Positions 45,849 to 55,605 of a stretch of 64,000 bases of DNA are shown here, piece by piece. The position numbers and the translations under genes are program-made. The notes under the pieces are model-generated. The model had not been told where the DNA came from and searched no databases. It worked only from the letters and a program-made list of their open reading frames with translations. The number at the start of each line of letters is the position of its first letter. Within the stretch, counting starts at the first letter, position 1. Origin of the DNA: Gammaproteobacteria bacterium (GTDB lineage: Bacteria > Pseudomonadota > Gammaproteobacteria > Eutrophobiales > Eutrophobiaceae); contig CAXMWX010000001.1 in the NCBI GenBank assembly GCA_963422205.2, forward strand, positions 480,001 to 544,000. Reading direction: 5' to 3'.

Positions 45849-47858
45849 ATGATCCAGCCCACCCGCGAGCTACCCAAATGGGTTGGCATCATCGGGGCGG
45901 GGGCTGTTGGGTCAGGGATCGGTTACTACCTTAAAAGCACCATCCCGGATCTCAAGCTGGTGCTGATTGACAGTCAGCAGCAGGCCCTGGACAGGGCGGT
46001 TGAGCGCATTAATGCGTATGCCGATAACGAAGTTAAACGGGGTCGGTTGCTGCCTGAGCAAGCCGATGAGATCAGGCAGCACATTCTGGCCTCAACAGAA
46101 TATGAGGTGCTGGCCTATTGTGACTGGGTGATTGAGGCGGTCACGGAGCATATTCACATCAAACAGCAGGTGTTCAGCCAGGTTGAGGCGATAGTGGATG
46201 AGCGTTGTCTCATCACATCAAACACCCGAACGATTCCGGCGGCCTGGCTGTTTTCCCATCTGGCACACCCGGAGCGCACCACAGTCACACATTTCCTTGC
46301 GCCCGCTTTGCCGAACTCTGTCGTGGAGGTAATCGAGTGGGAAAAATCGGCGCCCCTGCTTATCCAGTATCTGCGCTGGCTGTGCTATGTGACGGGCAAG
46401 GTGCCGCTGCTGATCAAAGATATGGTGTGTTTCATGCTGCATCGTGTGTTTGACAACTGGTGTAACGAGGCCGCCCTGCTGCTGGCTGAGGCCACGCCCG
46501 CACAAATCGATACGGTGGCTGCCGAGTACGCCCATGCCGGGCCGTTTTATCTGTTGAACCGGGCAAATGGCAACGCGGCCCTGATCAGGACGCTTCGTTT
46601 GCTGGCCGAGATAGAGGGCGATCACTATGCACCAGCAGCGGCCTTTGAGCGGGATGCGCCCGATGAGGATATGGCCTGGGAGACGATTAAGCCGGGCGAG
46701 CATGCGGATGTCAGCGTGGCACTCCAGCAGGCAATCGCCGAGCGCTTGCTGGGGGTTTTGTTTTCACAGGCCGTGGATATTCTGGATAGAGGTATTGGCA
46801 CGGCAGAGGATTTGGATCTGGGCTGTCGGCTGGCCTTTGGCTTTAAGACCGGCCCTCTGGAATTGATGCACCGGCTGGGTGCAGATGAGGTGAGGCGGAT
46901 AACAGGCAGGTTTGCCCGGCAGCGGCCGGGTCTGCCCGTTGCAAGCTGTACGCCAAGCCATTATGTCAACTGCCACTGTTACCTTTTGCTGGATGAGCTG
47001 GATGGGGTGAAGATCATCACGCTGCGTCGGCCTGATGCCGTAAATGCCTTACATGATGCCATGATCGATGAGGTAATCGCGCTGCTGCAAAACTGTGAAG
47101 ATGATGATGGCATAACCGGTGTTGTGATCACCGGTTATGGTATGCAGGCGTTTTGTGCGGGTGCCGACATTGATCGTCTGCCATCCGTGCTGGGCGATAA
47201 GGCGGCCCTGGTTGCGTATGCACAGGCCAGCGCCCGGTTAGTGATTCGGCTGGATCAGTGCAGCAAGCCGGTGGTTGCCGCGCTGAACGGGGCAGCACGG
47301 GGAGCAGGGCTGGAATTAGCGATGCGCTGTCATGGTATCGTCTCCAGTGCGGATGCGTATTTGCAGTTCCCCGAGATCACCCTGGGGTTAGTGCCGGGCA
47401 CGGGTGCGCTGGTGGTGCCGTATCGCCGCTGGCCGGGGGCGGCGACAACCTTTCATCAAATGTTGCTAAAAGCCGATAAGCTCAATGCGGCCAGGGCAAC
47501 AGCGCTGGGGATCATCAATACCCTGGTGGACAAGCCGATCAACTTGGTGCCGGCGGCGGTGTGGCTGGCTAAAGAGCTGGCTCAAGAATCGCACCAGATA
47601 ACCGATGCGCCGGTGAATATTGCGCCGGTTATTGCCGAGATTAAACAACCTCGAAGTGCAGAAGGACAGCGGTTAAGCGCCAGCGTGGTGAGTATTATGC
47701 ACAAGGCGATACACACAGCAGCGGCCGCCGGCACGTTTGCCGAGGCGCTTGAAATCGGTTATCAAGCCTTTGCCGAGAGTGCCTGTACGGCGGCGGCCAG
47801 AGAGGGGATAAGGGCTTTTACTGAGCGCCGGCGGCCGGATTTTGAAGCAACGGGGTAA
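45849..47858 (+). CDS. 3-hydroxyacyl-CoA dehydrogenase / enoyl-CoA hydratase fusion (HAD N-terminal, ECH C-terminal)
   Basis: VGIIGAGAVGSGI, WVIEAVTE, TSNT, THF..P...VE; then NALHD, AFCAGADI, KPVVAALNG...GAGLELA, FPEITLGLVPG. Confidence 0.88.
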   Translation: MIQPTRELPKWVGIIGAGAVGSGIGYYLKSTIPDLKLVLIDSQQQALDRAVERINAYADNEVKRGRLLPEQADEIRQHILASTEYEVLAYCDWVIEAVTEHIHIKQQVFSQVEAIVDERCLITSNTRTIPAAWLFSHLAHPERTTVTHFLAPALPNSVVEVIEWEKSAPLLIQYLRWLCYVTGKVPLLIKDMVCFMLHRVFDNWCNEAALLLAEATPAQIDTVAAEYAHAGPFYLLNRANGNAALIRTLRLLAEIEGDHYAPAAAFERDAPDEDMAWETIKPGEHADVSVALQQAIAERLLGVLFSQAVDILDRGIGTAEDLDLGCRLAFGFKTGPLELMHRLGADEVRRITGRFARQRPGLPVASCTPSHYVNCHCYLLLDELDGVKIITLRRPDAVNALHDAMIDEVIALLQNCEDDDGITGVVITGYGMQAFCAGADIDRLPSVLGDKAALVAYAQASARLVIRLDQCSKPVVAALNGAARGAGLELAMRCHGIVSSADAYLQFPEITLGLVPGTGALVVPYRRWPGAATTFHQMLLKADKLNAARATALGIINTLVDKPINLVPAAVWLAKELAQESHQITDAPVNIAPVIAEIKQPRSAEGQRLSASVVSIMHKAIHTAAAAGTFAEALEIGYQAFAESACTAAAREGIRAFTERRRPDFEATG

Positions 47859-47897
47859 GGCGTTGTGATGAACGGCAGGCGGTTCGCCAGCGTGATG

Positions 47898-48344
47898 CTA
47901 TGCAGAGGGTTGCAGCCGTATTAACGCTTGCCGTAAATCTTCGGGTATGTTCACCGGCTGGCGCGTTTCTCTGTCCACATACACATGCACAAAATGCCCC
48001 TGTGCCGAGGCGGTCTGCTCGCTGTCTTTAAATAGGCCGATCGCATAGCGCACACTGCTGTTGCCGATGTGTGCTACCCGCAAGCCGGCGGTTACTGAGT
48101 CTGGAAAGCGGATGGGTGAAAAATAATTGCATTGGGTTTCGACCACCAGGCCGATGACTGCACCAGCCACCGGATCGAGTACGCCTTCGGCCAGGAGATA
48201 ATGATTCACGGCGGTATCAAAGTACGCGTAATACACCACGTTGTTGACATGTGCGTAGATATCGTTATCCATCCAGCGAGTCGAGATGGCGATGCGGTAA
48301 GGATACTTGCCTAACGTTGTTTTTCTGATCTTGCCGGTCATCAT
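47898..48344 (-). CDS. Acyl-CoA thioesterase (4HBT/YbgC hot-dog fold)
   Basis: [40 protein letters not shown]. Confidence 0.9.
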   Translation of the reverse strand: MMTGKIRKTTLGKYPYRIAISTRWMDNDIYAHVNNVVYYAYFDTAVNHYLLAEGVLDPVAGAVIGLVVETQCNYFSPIRFPDSVTAGLRVAHIGNSSVRYAIGLFKDSEQTASAQGHFVHVYVDRETRQPVNIPEDLRQALIRLQPSA

Positions 48345-49360
48345 CGGCGCTCATGCGCCAGCAGGTCGATGCCGAATTGACGAAACAGGTGGATCATGTC
48401 AACGAAGACCCAGTTCTCCATAAACAGATCGCCATCACGCTTCCACCAGTCCAGCCCGTTGAAGGCGATGGGGTTGCCTGTTGCCGCCACGCCTTTGTAC
48501 TCGCCAGCATGGGTGGCTTTGACATCGCCCCAGCCAGCGGCGGCGGTGTAGCAACCCTCAGCATACAGTGCATCAATATTGCCGCACAGACGATCAGGGA
48601 AGGCCGTCAGCCAAGGCTGCTGATGGCAGTGTTCAAATGCTTGCAGGCCATCGCAGGCGCCGATACCGCCGGGGCCATACCATTGTATCTCTGGATGGAA
48701 GAAGTCGGCCACGCCCATGCTGCTCAAAGCACGCTGGTCATAGTTGTTCAGGCCATCGAAAATAAAACGCCGGATGTGTTCCAGGCTGTATGCACTCGTG
48801 CTCGCATCTTGCGACTCATGCAACATACCATCGCCCGCATGCGGGGCGGGGTAGCGGCCATCTTTTCCCAGGGCAGGCGGGAGCACGTGAATACCAGCCT
48901 GCTGCATCAGATCAACCAGGTCCAGCAGGCAAAATATTTCTGTTATTTTATCTTGCTGGATTTTGCAGAACTCGCCCCAGCGGATTTTCACCGCTTTGCC
49001 GGTTGCGGCGATGGTCAGATAGTCATGCCTGAAAGTGCCGGTGAATGTGCCAGTACCAGAGACCCAGGTATGCCCATCCCGGGACATATCGCCATCCACC
49101 CGGCCATTTGACTGGCCGCCCATGAAGATGAAGGTATCACGTTTGATATCGGGAAAAGCATGGACAAGCGGCTGCCAGAATTGACGGCTAACCGCCTCAG
49201 CACCTTGCAGCTCATTGATCGGCGCCGGCCCGTGCCAGATAAGATCAGCATCACAAAAGCGGCTGATGGTTTGTTGATACTGCCCGGCATCGGCGGATTC
49301 CAGCCCCTGCCAGAAATCCCGGACTCGTTGTTTGTTCTGTTGGTTCAATGCCGTTGTCAT
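48341..49360 (-). CDS. Tandem SnoaL/ester-cyclase (NTF2-like) protein
   Basis: Two repeats with [11 protein letters not shown]...[13 protein letters not shown] and WYGPGGIG...[12 protein letters not shown]...[21 protein letters not shown]; start [10 protein letters not shown] after RBS gaggg. Confidence 0.85.
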   Translation of the reverse strand: MTTALNQQNKQRVRDFWQGLESADAGQYQQTISRFCDADLIWHGPAPINELQGAEAVSRQFWQPLVHAFPDIKRDTFIFMGGQSNGRVDGDMSRDGHTWVSGTGTFTGTFRHDYLTIAATGKAVKIRWGEFCKIQQDKITEIFCLLDLVDLMQQAGIHVLPPALGKDGRYPAPHAGDGMLHESQDASTSAYSLEHIRRFIFDGLNNYDQRALSSMGVADFFHPEIQWYGPGGIGACDGLQAFEHCHQQPWLTAFPDRLCGNIDALYAEGCYTAAAGWGDVKATHAGEYKGVAATGNPIAFNGLDWWKRDGDLFMENWVFVDMIHLFRQFGIDLLAHERR

Positions 49361-49571
49361 CGCCGCCCCTCGGAATTTAGCTTTGCAGTAAATATTTACG
49401 CTACGTCTGTAATTAACGATAGCCACAGTCGCCATGTGCATGGCTTTTTGCCTTGCTGTCCATTGCTGATTAAGGAATGCGCCCAAGGAATGCACCCAGG
49501 GTATTCCCCTGGCGTGGTCAGGAAAGAATAGGGGGTGCACTCAAAGCGGTTGCCCGTATCGTTGATGTGTG

Positions 49572-49919
49572 ATGAGCGAGCAGCAGCAAAACAACGCAGA
49601 TATAAACGTGATCTCTCTATTTCCGCCCAAAAGCGATGTCAAGACAGACGAAGCCGACCAGCGCCAATTCGCCCGACAACTGCTTATCGGCTTTTGGCTT
49701 ATCGGCCTGGCGATTATCTGCATTGACATCTTCATAGCCTGCGGCTGGTATCCACACAACGCCGCGCCGGTCGCCATGTTTACGCTTGCCAGGACAGGTG
49801 CCCTGCCGCTTGTTACCTTAGGTTATCTCCCTAGTATTTTCTCAACGCCAACCCAGTGGTCTGCCAATCAGCTGGGGCAAGCTGTAGCGCCAAGGCAGAG
49901 TGGCGCACCCAAAAGCTGA
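49572..49919 (+). CDS. Possible small membrane protein of unknown function
   Basis: ORF fills the gap between two minus-strand genes and has one hydrophobic segment (LLIGFWLIGLAIICIDIFIACGW); no family recognised and no clear RBS. Confidence 0.35.
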   Translation: MSEQQQNNADINVISLFPPKSDVKTDEADQRQFARQLLIGFWLIGLAIICIDIFIACGWYPHNAAPVAMFTLARTGALPLVTLGYLPSIFSTPTQWSANQLGQAVAPRQSGAPKS

Positions 49920-49995
49920 CCGGGCAGCAGATGTCAGCCGTGAATAAAAGCGGAAGGGATGAGAACATCCCCTCCGCCACCATCACCGCTGCCAA

Positions 49996-52509
49996 TCAAT
50001 CCCAACTGGCCGCAAAGCGCACGCCAAAGTTGCGCGGATACAGATAACCGGTCTGGACATTATCATCACTGCCGTTATTACCACGCGACAGCACCGCCTC
50101 ATCCTCAATGTTCTCAACAAAGCCTTCCAGCGAGTAGCGCTGGCTGGGCGAGCGCCAGATCAGGCGCAGGTCTGTCTTGGTGAAGCTGCTCTGCTCATGG
50201 CTGGGGTCAATTGCCAACAGGTTGCTTGTGTTATAGCCATCGCTATAGTAGAACTGCACATACGGCGTTAAGGTGCCGTTATCTCCGCCCAGGGCGACCT
50301 CATAAGCAGCACTTAACGTGACCGTGAACTCAGGCGACCAGCCTGGTGTCTCGCCTTCCACATTGATAAAGCTGTCTGTATCGCCACCAAATAGCTGGTA
50401 GGGATTGGTCTGACCGAAGGTGCCGAACTCGGCATTGAGATAGGCGGCTGAGGCCGTCAGAGTCATGTTCTCTGTCGGGTTGTAGATGGTGTCCAGCTCT
50501 ATGCCCCAGGCATCGATCTCGCCGCCATTGCGGCTGTTGGTGATCACATTCCCGGTTTCGACGTTAAGTACCTGGAACTGCGCTAACAGGTTGGTGTACT
50601 CGGTATAGTGGGCGCTGATGTTAAAGCGCATGCTGCCATCGAGCAAGGTGCTTTTAAGGCCGATCTCATAGAGTTGCGATTCCTGCTCGTCTGTGAATGT
50701 GCCGTTGTTGTTGACGGCGCCCGATAAAAACCCGGTTGAGGCCGTGAAATAGATCAGCGCATCGTAATCGGGCAGATCATATTCCAGCCCGGCCTTCCAG
50801 CTGACGTTATTAAACGAGGGGCTCACCGAATTAGCACCTGTGGCAGAGCGGTTATAAGCGAACACATCGCGGGAGAATGCCGGCACCACCAGCGGCGAAT
50901 CACCATTGCTAAACAGCGTGGTGACCGGGCCGTTGGCGGTAAAATTGCTGCCGCCGCCGGTCAGTTTCTTTTTCTCATAGTTATAGCGCGCACCGCCGAT
51001 AAGGCGCAGGTTCTCAAGCACGCTAAACTCCCCTTGCAGGTACAGGCCGAAGGTATCAATCTCGATCCACTGGCTATCGGCGAAGGCGCCGTTCAGGCTG
51101 GTCGCCGCAGAGACTATCGGTGTGCCGTTTTGCAGTGTGAACATCATCCCGTCAGGCCCTGTGACCATGGGGCGAGTGTTATTTTCCTGGGTCTGGTTAA
51201 AAATGGTGAAGCTGAAAAACGTCTTGTCCTGCGAGTAGTAGGCGCCGGATGTCCACTGAAAGGGACTGTCATAATCTGAGGTGAACTGTAATTCCTGCGT
51301 GAAGGACTCGGCGGTCTCATCAAAGCCGCCGACATTGAAAGGCGTTTGACTGTAGTCAAAATCAAAGCCGATGAGGTTTTTAAAATCCGTGTATGAGGTG
51401 ATGGATTTCACCAGCACAGGCCCGGCATCCCAGTTGATCTCCAGGGTGATGTTATCATCATCCAGATCAACCGGCGGGACATAATCCTGGGCCACATCCC
51501 AGGGGCCTGTATCGCCCCGTGGCAATCCATTGGAGCCATTTTGCGGGTTCTGGCAATCTATGACAGAGCCAAGCGGGTCGGTGATGCCATCTGCCCGTGT
51601 GCGCCGGCAGATGTTTCGGTAGCCGAATAGCCCCGCTGAGGTGCCGGACTCCCGAATGCGGGTGTAGCGCAACAGTGCCTCCAGTTCGTCCGATGGTTGG
51701 TATAACACGCTCAACCGTACGCCCTGATCATCCGGTGCGCCCACATCCGGGCCAGCACTGTTTTTCACGAAGCCATCGCCGTTCTCAACGAAGCCGGCCA
51801 GCCGCACGGCGAGTTGATCATTCACGGGCAGGTTCACAAAGCCTTCAAACTGCGTGGTGTTAAAGCGCTCATACCCCACCTCAATGCGGCCAGCGATACC
51901 ATCTAAATCCGGCCGATTTGTATGGAGATTTAATGCACCGGCGAAGGTGTTACGCCCATACAGCGTACCCTGCGGCCCCTTGAGAAATTCAATGCGCTCG
52001 ACATCGAAAAAGGCGCGTGACTGCTGTGAGGCGCGCGGTTTGTATACGCCGTCAACATAGGCGCCAACAATCGAGCCGTTATCATTGAAGGTGTTGGTTG
52101 AATTGGCCCCGCGCACATTGAACTTGGCATCGTTACCGGTATAGGCGAAGTTGACACCCGGCACCAGCAGCTCAATCCGGCTGACATCATCCAGGCCGCC
52201 CCGCTGCATTGCATCCTCACCGAAGGCCGAGATAGACAAGCCGACATCCTGCACATCCTCAGCGCGCTTCTCGGCCGTCACGGTTATCTCCTCCAGCACG
52301 ATAGCCGCGCGGGAGGGGGTCGTGATGGCAAGGCAGAGCAGCAGGATACATGGATAGGGCAGCCGTGCCGCCAGGCTTCGGGGGGGGGGGGGGTGATGAT
52401 ACGCTCGTGCGCCCGGGTTAATCGGCCGCATCAACAGGCGGTGTAGTAATCTGGCCGGGCGTGCCAATGCAGGCAGGTCTGCCCCGGCGGTTTGCAGGTA
52501 GTCAGTCAT
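49996..52509 (-). CDS. TonB-dependent outer-membrane receptor with a poly-C tract near the 5' end
   Basis: LEEITVTAEKRAEDVQDVGLSISAF, FNVRG, FDVERIEFLKGPQGTLYGRNTFAG, C-terminal PRNFGVRFAASWD; RBS aagggag before MTDYL; start could alternatively be the ATG at 52431. Confidence 0.9.
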   Translation of the reverse strand: MTDYLQTAGADLPALARPARLLHRLLMRPINPGARAYHHPPPPRSLAARLPYPCILLLCLAITTPSRAAIVLEEITVTAEKRAEDVQDVGLSISAFGEDAMQRGGLDDVSRIELLVPGVNFAYTGNDAKFNVRGANSTNTFNDNGSIVGAYVDGVYKPRASQQSRAFFDVERIEFLKGPQGTLYGRNTFAGALNLHTNRPDLDGIAGRIEVGYERFNTTQFEGFVNLPVNDQLAVRLAGFVENGDGFVKNSAGPDVGAPDDQGVRLSVLYQPSDELEALLRYTRIRESGTSAGLFGYRNICRRTRADGITDPLGSVIDCQNPQNGSNGLPRGDTGPWDVAQDYVPPVDLDDDNITLEINWDAGPVLVKSITSYTDFKNLIGFDFDYSQTPFNVGGFDETAESFTQELQFTSDYDSPFQWTSGAYYSQDKTFFSFTIFNQTQENNTRPMVTGPDGMMFTLQNGTPIVSAATSLNGAFADSQWIEIDTFGLYLQGEFSVLENLRLIGGARYNYEKKKLTGGGSNFTANGPVTTLFSNGDSPLVVPAFSRDVFAYNRSATGANSVSPSFNNVSWKAGLEYDLPDYDALIYFTASTGFLSGAVNNNGTFTDEQESQLYEIGLKSTLLDGSMRFNISAHYTEYTNLLAQFQVLNVETGNVITNSRNGGEIDAWGIELDTIYNPTENMTLTASAAYLNAEFGTFGQTNPYQLFGGDTDSFINVEGETPGWSPEFTVTLSAAYEVALGGDNGTLTPYVQFYYSDGYNTSNLLAIDPSHEQSSFTKTDLRLIWRSPSQRYSLEGFVENIEDEAVLSRGNNGSDDNVQTGYLYPRNFGVRFAASWD
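52380..52393 (-). repeat. 14-nt homopolymer (G14 on +, C14 on the coding strand)
   Basis: Read directly; encodes part of HPPPPR just before the signal-peptide hydrophobic core. Confidence 0.9.
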
Positions 52510-52601
52510 TGATGATGCTCCCTTAGTGTTGGGTTTTATTCGGAAAATGTGTGTCAGGTCACTACATGACCCATGACCAGGGCGCATCTTGGTATAAGAT
52601 G

Positions 52602-52614
52602 ACTTCGAATGCAA
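52602..52614 (-). promoter_or_regulatory. Putative LacI-family operator upstream of the TonB receptor gene
   Basis: Reverse complement TTGCATTCGAAGT is identical (13/13) to 54264-54276; central TTCGAA dyad. Confidence 0.6.
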
Positions 52615-52790
52615 ACAATTTATGCACTAAAAATACAAAATAGTTACAGAAGTTGCCAATATACAACAGTTGAGGGCGGTCAACGGCGACCACGGGAAGC
52701 GGCGCAGCGCTAACGGGGCTTGCCGTGTCGGGCTTGTTGGCCGGGCTCGCCTGGCGACCTCCCTTACAACAAACTGTATCGCCACCGGCG

Positions 52791-53092
52791 TTACGTTCTC
52801 CCGGGGAACGGGCAGGAGGTGACCGACAACATGATAGCGCCTGACTGAACCGTGGTTGCACCCAACAGCGCCATGATGACCTGGGCACTGATGCGCCTGT
52901 CTGACGGCATGCTCTCCTCATGCCCAGAGTGACCCGGTCAGCAGCGATGAGCAATCATATGATACCAGGCACGTACTTGTTGGCCGTTATGAACAGGGGG
53001 ATGATTTTCTCTACAATATGCTTGCGTAGTTTGAGTTCTCATCGTTCAACTATGCAGGAAGCAGCCGCACGTTTGTCAAGGTCAACTGTCAT
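52791..53092 (-). pseudogene. Degraded small membrane-protein gene
   Basis: MTVDLDKRAAASCIVER*ELKLRKHIVEKIIPLFITANKYVPGII*LLIAADRVTLG, then a 1-nt shift to HEESMPSDRRISAQVIMALLGATTVQSGAIMLSVTSCPFPGRT*: two in-frame TGA codons plus one frameshift; its ATG overlaps the end of the upstream gene. Confidence 0.5.
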
Positions 53093-53327
53093 TTTGAGCT
53101 TTCGCCAGTTGTACTTCCAGATGGTTATTACGCTGATCGATGATCCTGAGTATATGGTCATCGTCCGCATTCCCGGCAGCGATGTCCGCCAGGGCCAGCG
53201 CTTTACGCAGAACAGCGGCATTGCTGTTTACGCCGAACCCGGCCTGCAATTTCTCAAACATTGCAGCCGCCCCCGGGCCGACCACAAAGCCGATTTCCTG
53301 CTTTGCAGTTTCTGCCTCGCCTGCCAT
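53082..53327 (-). CDS. Small ribbon-helix-helix/CopG-like protein
   Basis: RBS gggag; pattern EIGFVV (strand)-AAAMFEKLQAGFG (helix)-SNAAVLRKALAL (helix). Confidence 0.55.
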   Translation of the reverse strand: MAGEAETAKQEIGFVVGPGAAAMFEKLQAGFGVNSNAAVLRKALALADIAAGNADDDHILRIIDQRNNHLEVQLAKAQNDS

Positions 53328-53481
53328 TGTCTTGATCTCCCAGGGCCAAGAACCTGGCGTATTAGTAAGTAGCGATGCTGATTACGGCAATATTTCACCG
53401 CTACTATCTGCGTCAAACTTCTCTGATTTTAAGGCCACGGGGATAAGGTGTTATTGGCAATTTATGGGCGATTGCCCGGCA

Positions 53482-54228
53482 CTACTGCGCCGTCCAGCCG
53501 CCATCCACCTTGAGGCTGTCACCGGTGATCATCTTTGATCGGGGCGAGGCCAGGAATAAGACGGCCTCGGCCACATCCTCTACCTGGCCGACTTTTCCCA
53601 ACGGGATCCGGCTTAACACAAACGTTTCAAATTCCGGGTTGTCAAACATCGGTCTGGTCATGGGCGTGTCGATAAACGTCGGTGCGATGGCGTTGACACG
53701 AATCCCGGCAGGGGCCAGCTCGACAGCCATCGCCCTGGTCAGGCCTTCGATGGCATGTTTGGTCATGCAATACACCGTGCGACCGGGCGAGCCGACATGT
53801 CCCATCTGGGATGACATATTGATGATAGTGCCCGGGCGCTGGTCTCTCAGCATGACCCTGGCCGCCGATTGTGCGGTGCGAAAAGCGGCCTCCACATTGA
53901 GCGTGATCATCGTTTGCAATCTCTCCGGTGTGACCTCAACAAATGGCTCCGGCTGGTTGGTGCCCGCATTGTTGACCAGGATATCGAGCTGCATCAGCGC
54001 TTCCAGCCGGTTGTAGAAGCTGGCTGTCCGTACATCCATCGGCCAGGTCTCAATGCGGTCGGGCGCATGCGCTTTGACTGCCGCCAATTCATCGCCGCTG
54101 CGGGCGACAGCGATAATGCAGGCCCCGGCATCCGCCAGATGCTCCACACAGGCCCGGCCGATACCTCGGCCTGCCCCTGTCACCAGCGCCACTTTACCCT
54201 CAAGGTCTGCTCTGTGTTTGTCTGTCAA
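53482..54228 (-). CDS. Short-chain dehydrogenase/reductase
   Basis: ALVTGAGRGIG, DILVNNAGTN, SSQMGHVG, YCMTKHAIEGLT, IRVNAIAPTFI, VDGGWTAQ. Confidence 0.92.
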   Translation of the reverse strand: MTDKHRADLEGKVALVTGAGRGIGRACVEHLADAGACIIAVARSGDELAAVKAHAPDRIETWPMDVRTASFYNRLEALMQLDILVNNAGTNQPEPFVEVTPERLQTMITLNVEAAFRTAQSAARVMLRDQRPGTIINMSSQMGHVGSPGRTVYCMTKHAIEGLTRAMAVELAPAGIRVNAIAPTFIDTPMTRPMFDNPEFETFVLSRIPLGKVGQVEDVAEAVLFLASPRSKMITGDSLKVDGGWTAQ

Positions 54229-54263
54229 GTCGCCCCCGCCTGTCCGTCTGCTGCATGATCAAA

Positions 54264-54281
54264 TTGCATTCGAAGTATAAT
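54264..54281 (+). promoter_or_regulatory. Putative LacI-family operator abutting a TATAAT -10 element in the SDR/hisD-like divergent region
   Basis: ttgcattcgaagt (54264-54276) overlaps tataat (54276-54281); the same 13-mer occurs at 52602-52614. Confidence 0.6.
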
Positions 54282-54324
54282 ATCGCTTAGGATACATGGC
54301 TACACAAGCATGAGAGAAACAGGC

Positions 54325-55605
54325 ATGGCAATCTATCTGAAAAATGGCAAATCCGGCGTTGAGGTGGCGAGTCAGGATGCGGGCGTGAGAAAAACGGTTG
54401 AAGCGATTCTGGATGACATCAGCGGGCGGGGCGATGCGGCATTACATGAATACTCGGCCAGGTTTGATAACTGGTCGCCTGAGAGGTTTCGTTTGAGCGC
54501 CGAGGAGATCAGCGCCTGTTACGATGAGGTGCCGCAACAGGTCATAGCGGATATTGAGTTCGCACAAACGCAGATTCGCAATTTTGCCCAGCACCAGCGT
54601 GCGGCGCTGCAGGATGTGGAGGTAGAGACGCTGCCCGGTGTCATCCTGGGGCATAAGAATATTCCGGTGAACAGCGTCGGCTGTTATGTGCCGGGCGGCA
54701 GGTATCCGATGGTGGCATCGGCACACATGAGTGTGGTGACGGCCAAGGTCGCCGGCGTTAAGCGCATCATCGCCACCGCCCCGCCCAATCAGGGCAAGCC
54801 CCATCCGGCCATCGTGGTGGCCATGGATAAGGGGGGGGCGGATGAGATTTACTGTATTGGCGGGGTGCAGGCGGTTGGCGGCATGGCGTTGGGTACGGAA
54901 TCCATCGCGCCCGTGGATATGCTGGTGGGGCCGGGTAATGCGTATGTGGCGGAGGCCAAGCGCCAGCTTTTTGGTCGGGTCGGTATCGATCTCTTTGCCG
55001 GGCCGACAGAGACCCTGGTGATTGCTGATGAGATAGTGGATGCGGAGTTGTGTGCCGCCGATCTGCTTGGGCAGGCCGAACATGGACCGAATTCCCCGGC
55101 GATCCTGCTGACTGACTCAGAAAAGCTGGCCAGAGAGACCCTGGCCGAGATAGAGCGGCAACTACAGATATTGCCAACCGGTGATATTGCCGGGCAGGCC
55201 TGGGCAGATTATGGTCAGGTCATTGTCTGTGATACGTGCGAGGACATGCTTGCGGTGGCGAACGATATCGCTTCAGAGCATGTGCAGGTGATGACAAAAG
55301 ACCCGGACTATTTTCTTCAGAACATGACCAATTACGGTGCCTTGTTTCTGGGCGCCGAGACCAATGTTTCCTATGGCGATAAAGTCATCGGCACCAATCA
55401 TACGCTTCCCACCCGAAAGGCTGCTCGTTATACTGGCGGCTTGTGGGTGGGTAAATTTATCAAAACCTGCACCTACCAGAAGATAACAAAAGAGGCGGCC
55501 GTGGTGGTGGGCGAGTATTGTTCTCGTCTGTGCGAACTGGAGGGTTTTATGGGACACAAAGAGCAGGCGGATATACGCCTGCGCCGATTTGCCGGCCAGT
55601 ATTGA
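54325..55605 (+). CDS. Histidinol dehydrogenase paralogue (HisD/HpsN-like NAD-dependent dehydrogenase)
   Basis: [66 protein letters not shown]; no his genes nearby; catabolic context. Confidence 0.85.
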   Translation: MAIYLKNGKSGVEVASQDAGVRKTVEAILDDISGRGDAALHEYSARFDNWSPERFRLSAEEISACYDEVPQQVIADIEFAQTQIRNFAQHQRAALQDVEVETLPGVILGHKNIPVNSVGCYVPGGRYPMVASAHMSVVTAKVAGVKRIIATAPPNQGKPHPAIVVAMDKGGADEIYCIGGVQAVGGMALGTESIAPVDMLVGPGNAYVAEAKRQLFGRVGIDLFAGPTETLVIADEIVDAELCAADLLGQAEHGPNSPAILLTDSEKLARETLAEIERQLQILPTGDIAGQAWADYGQVIVCDTCEDMLAVANDIASEHVQVMTKDPDYFLQNMTNYGALFLGAETNVSYGDKVIGTNHTLPTRKAARYTGGLWVGKFIKTCTYQKITKEAAVVVGEYCSRLCELEGFMGHKEQADIRLRRFAGQY

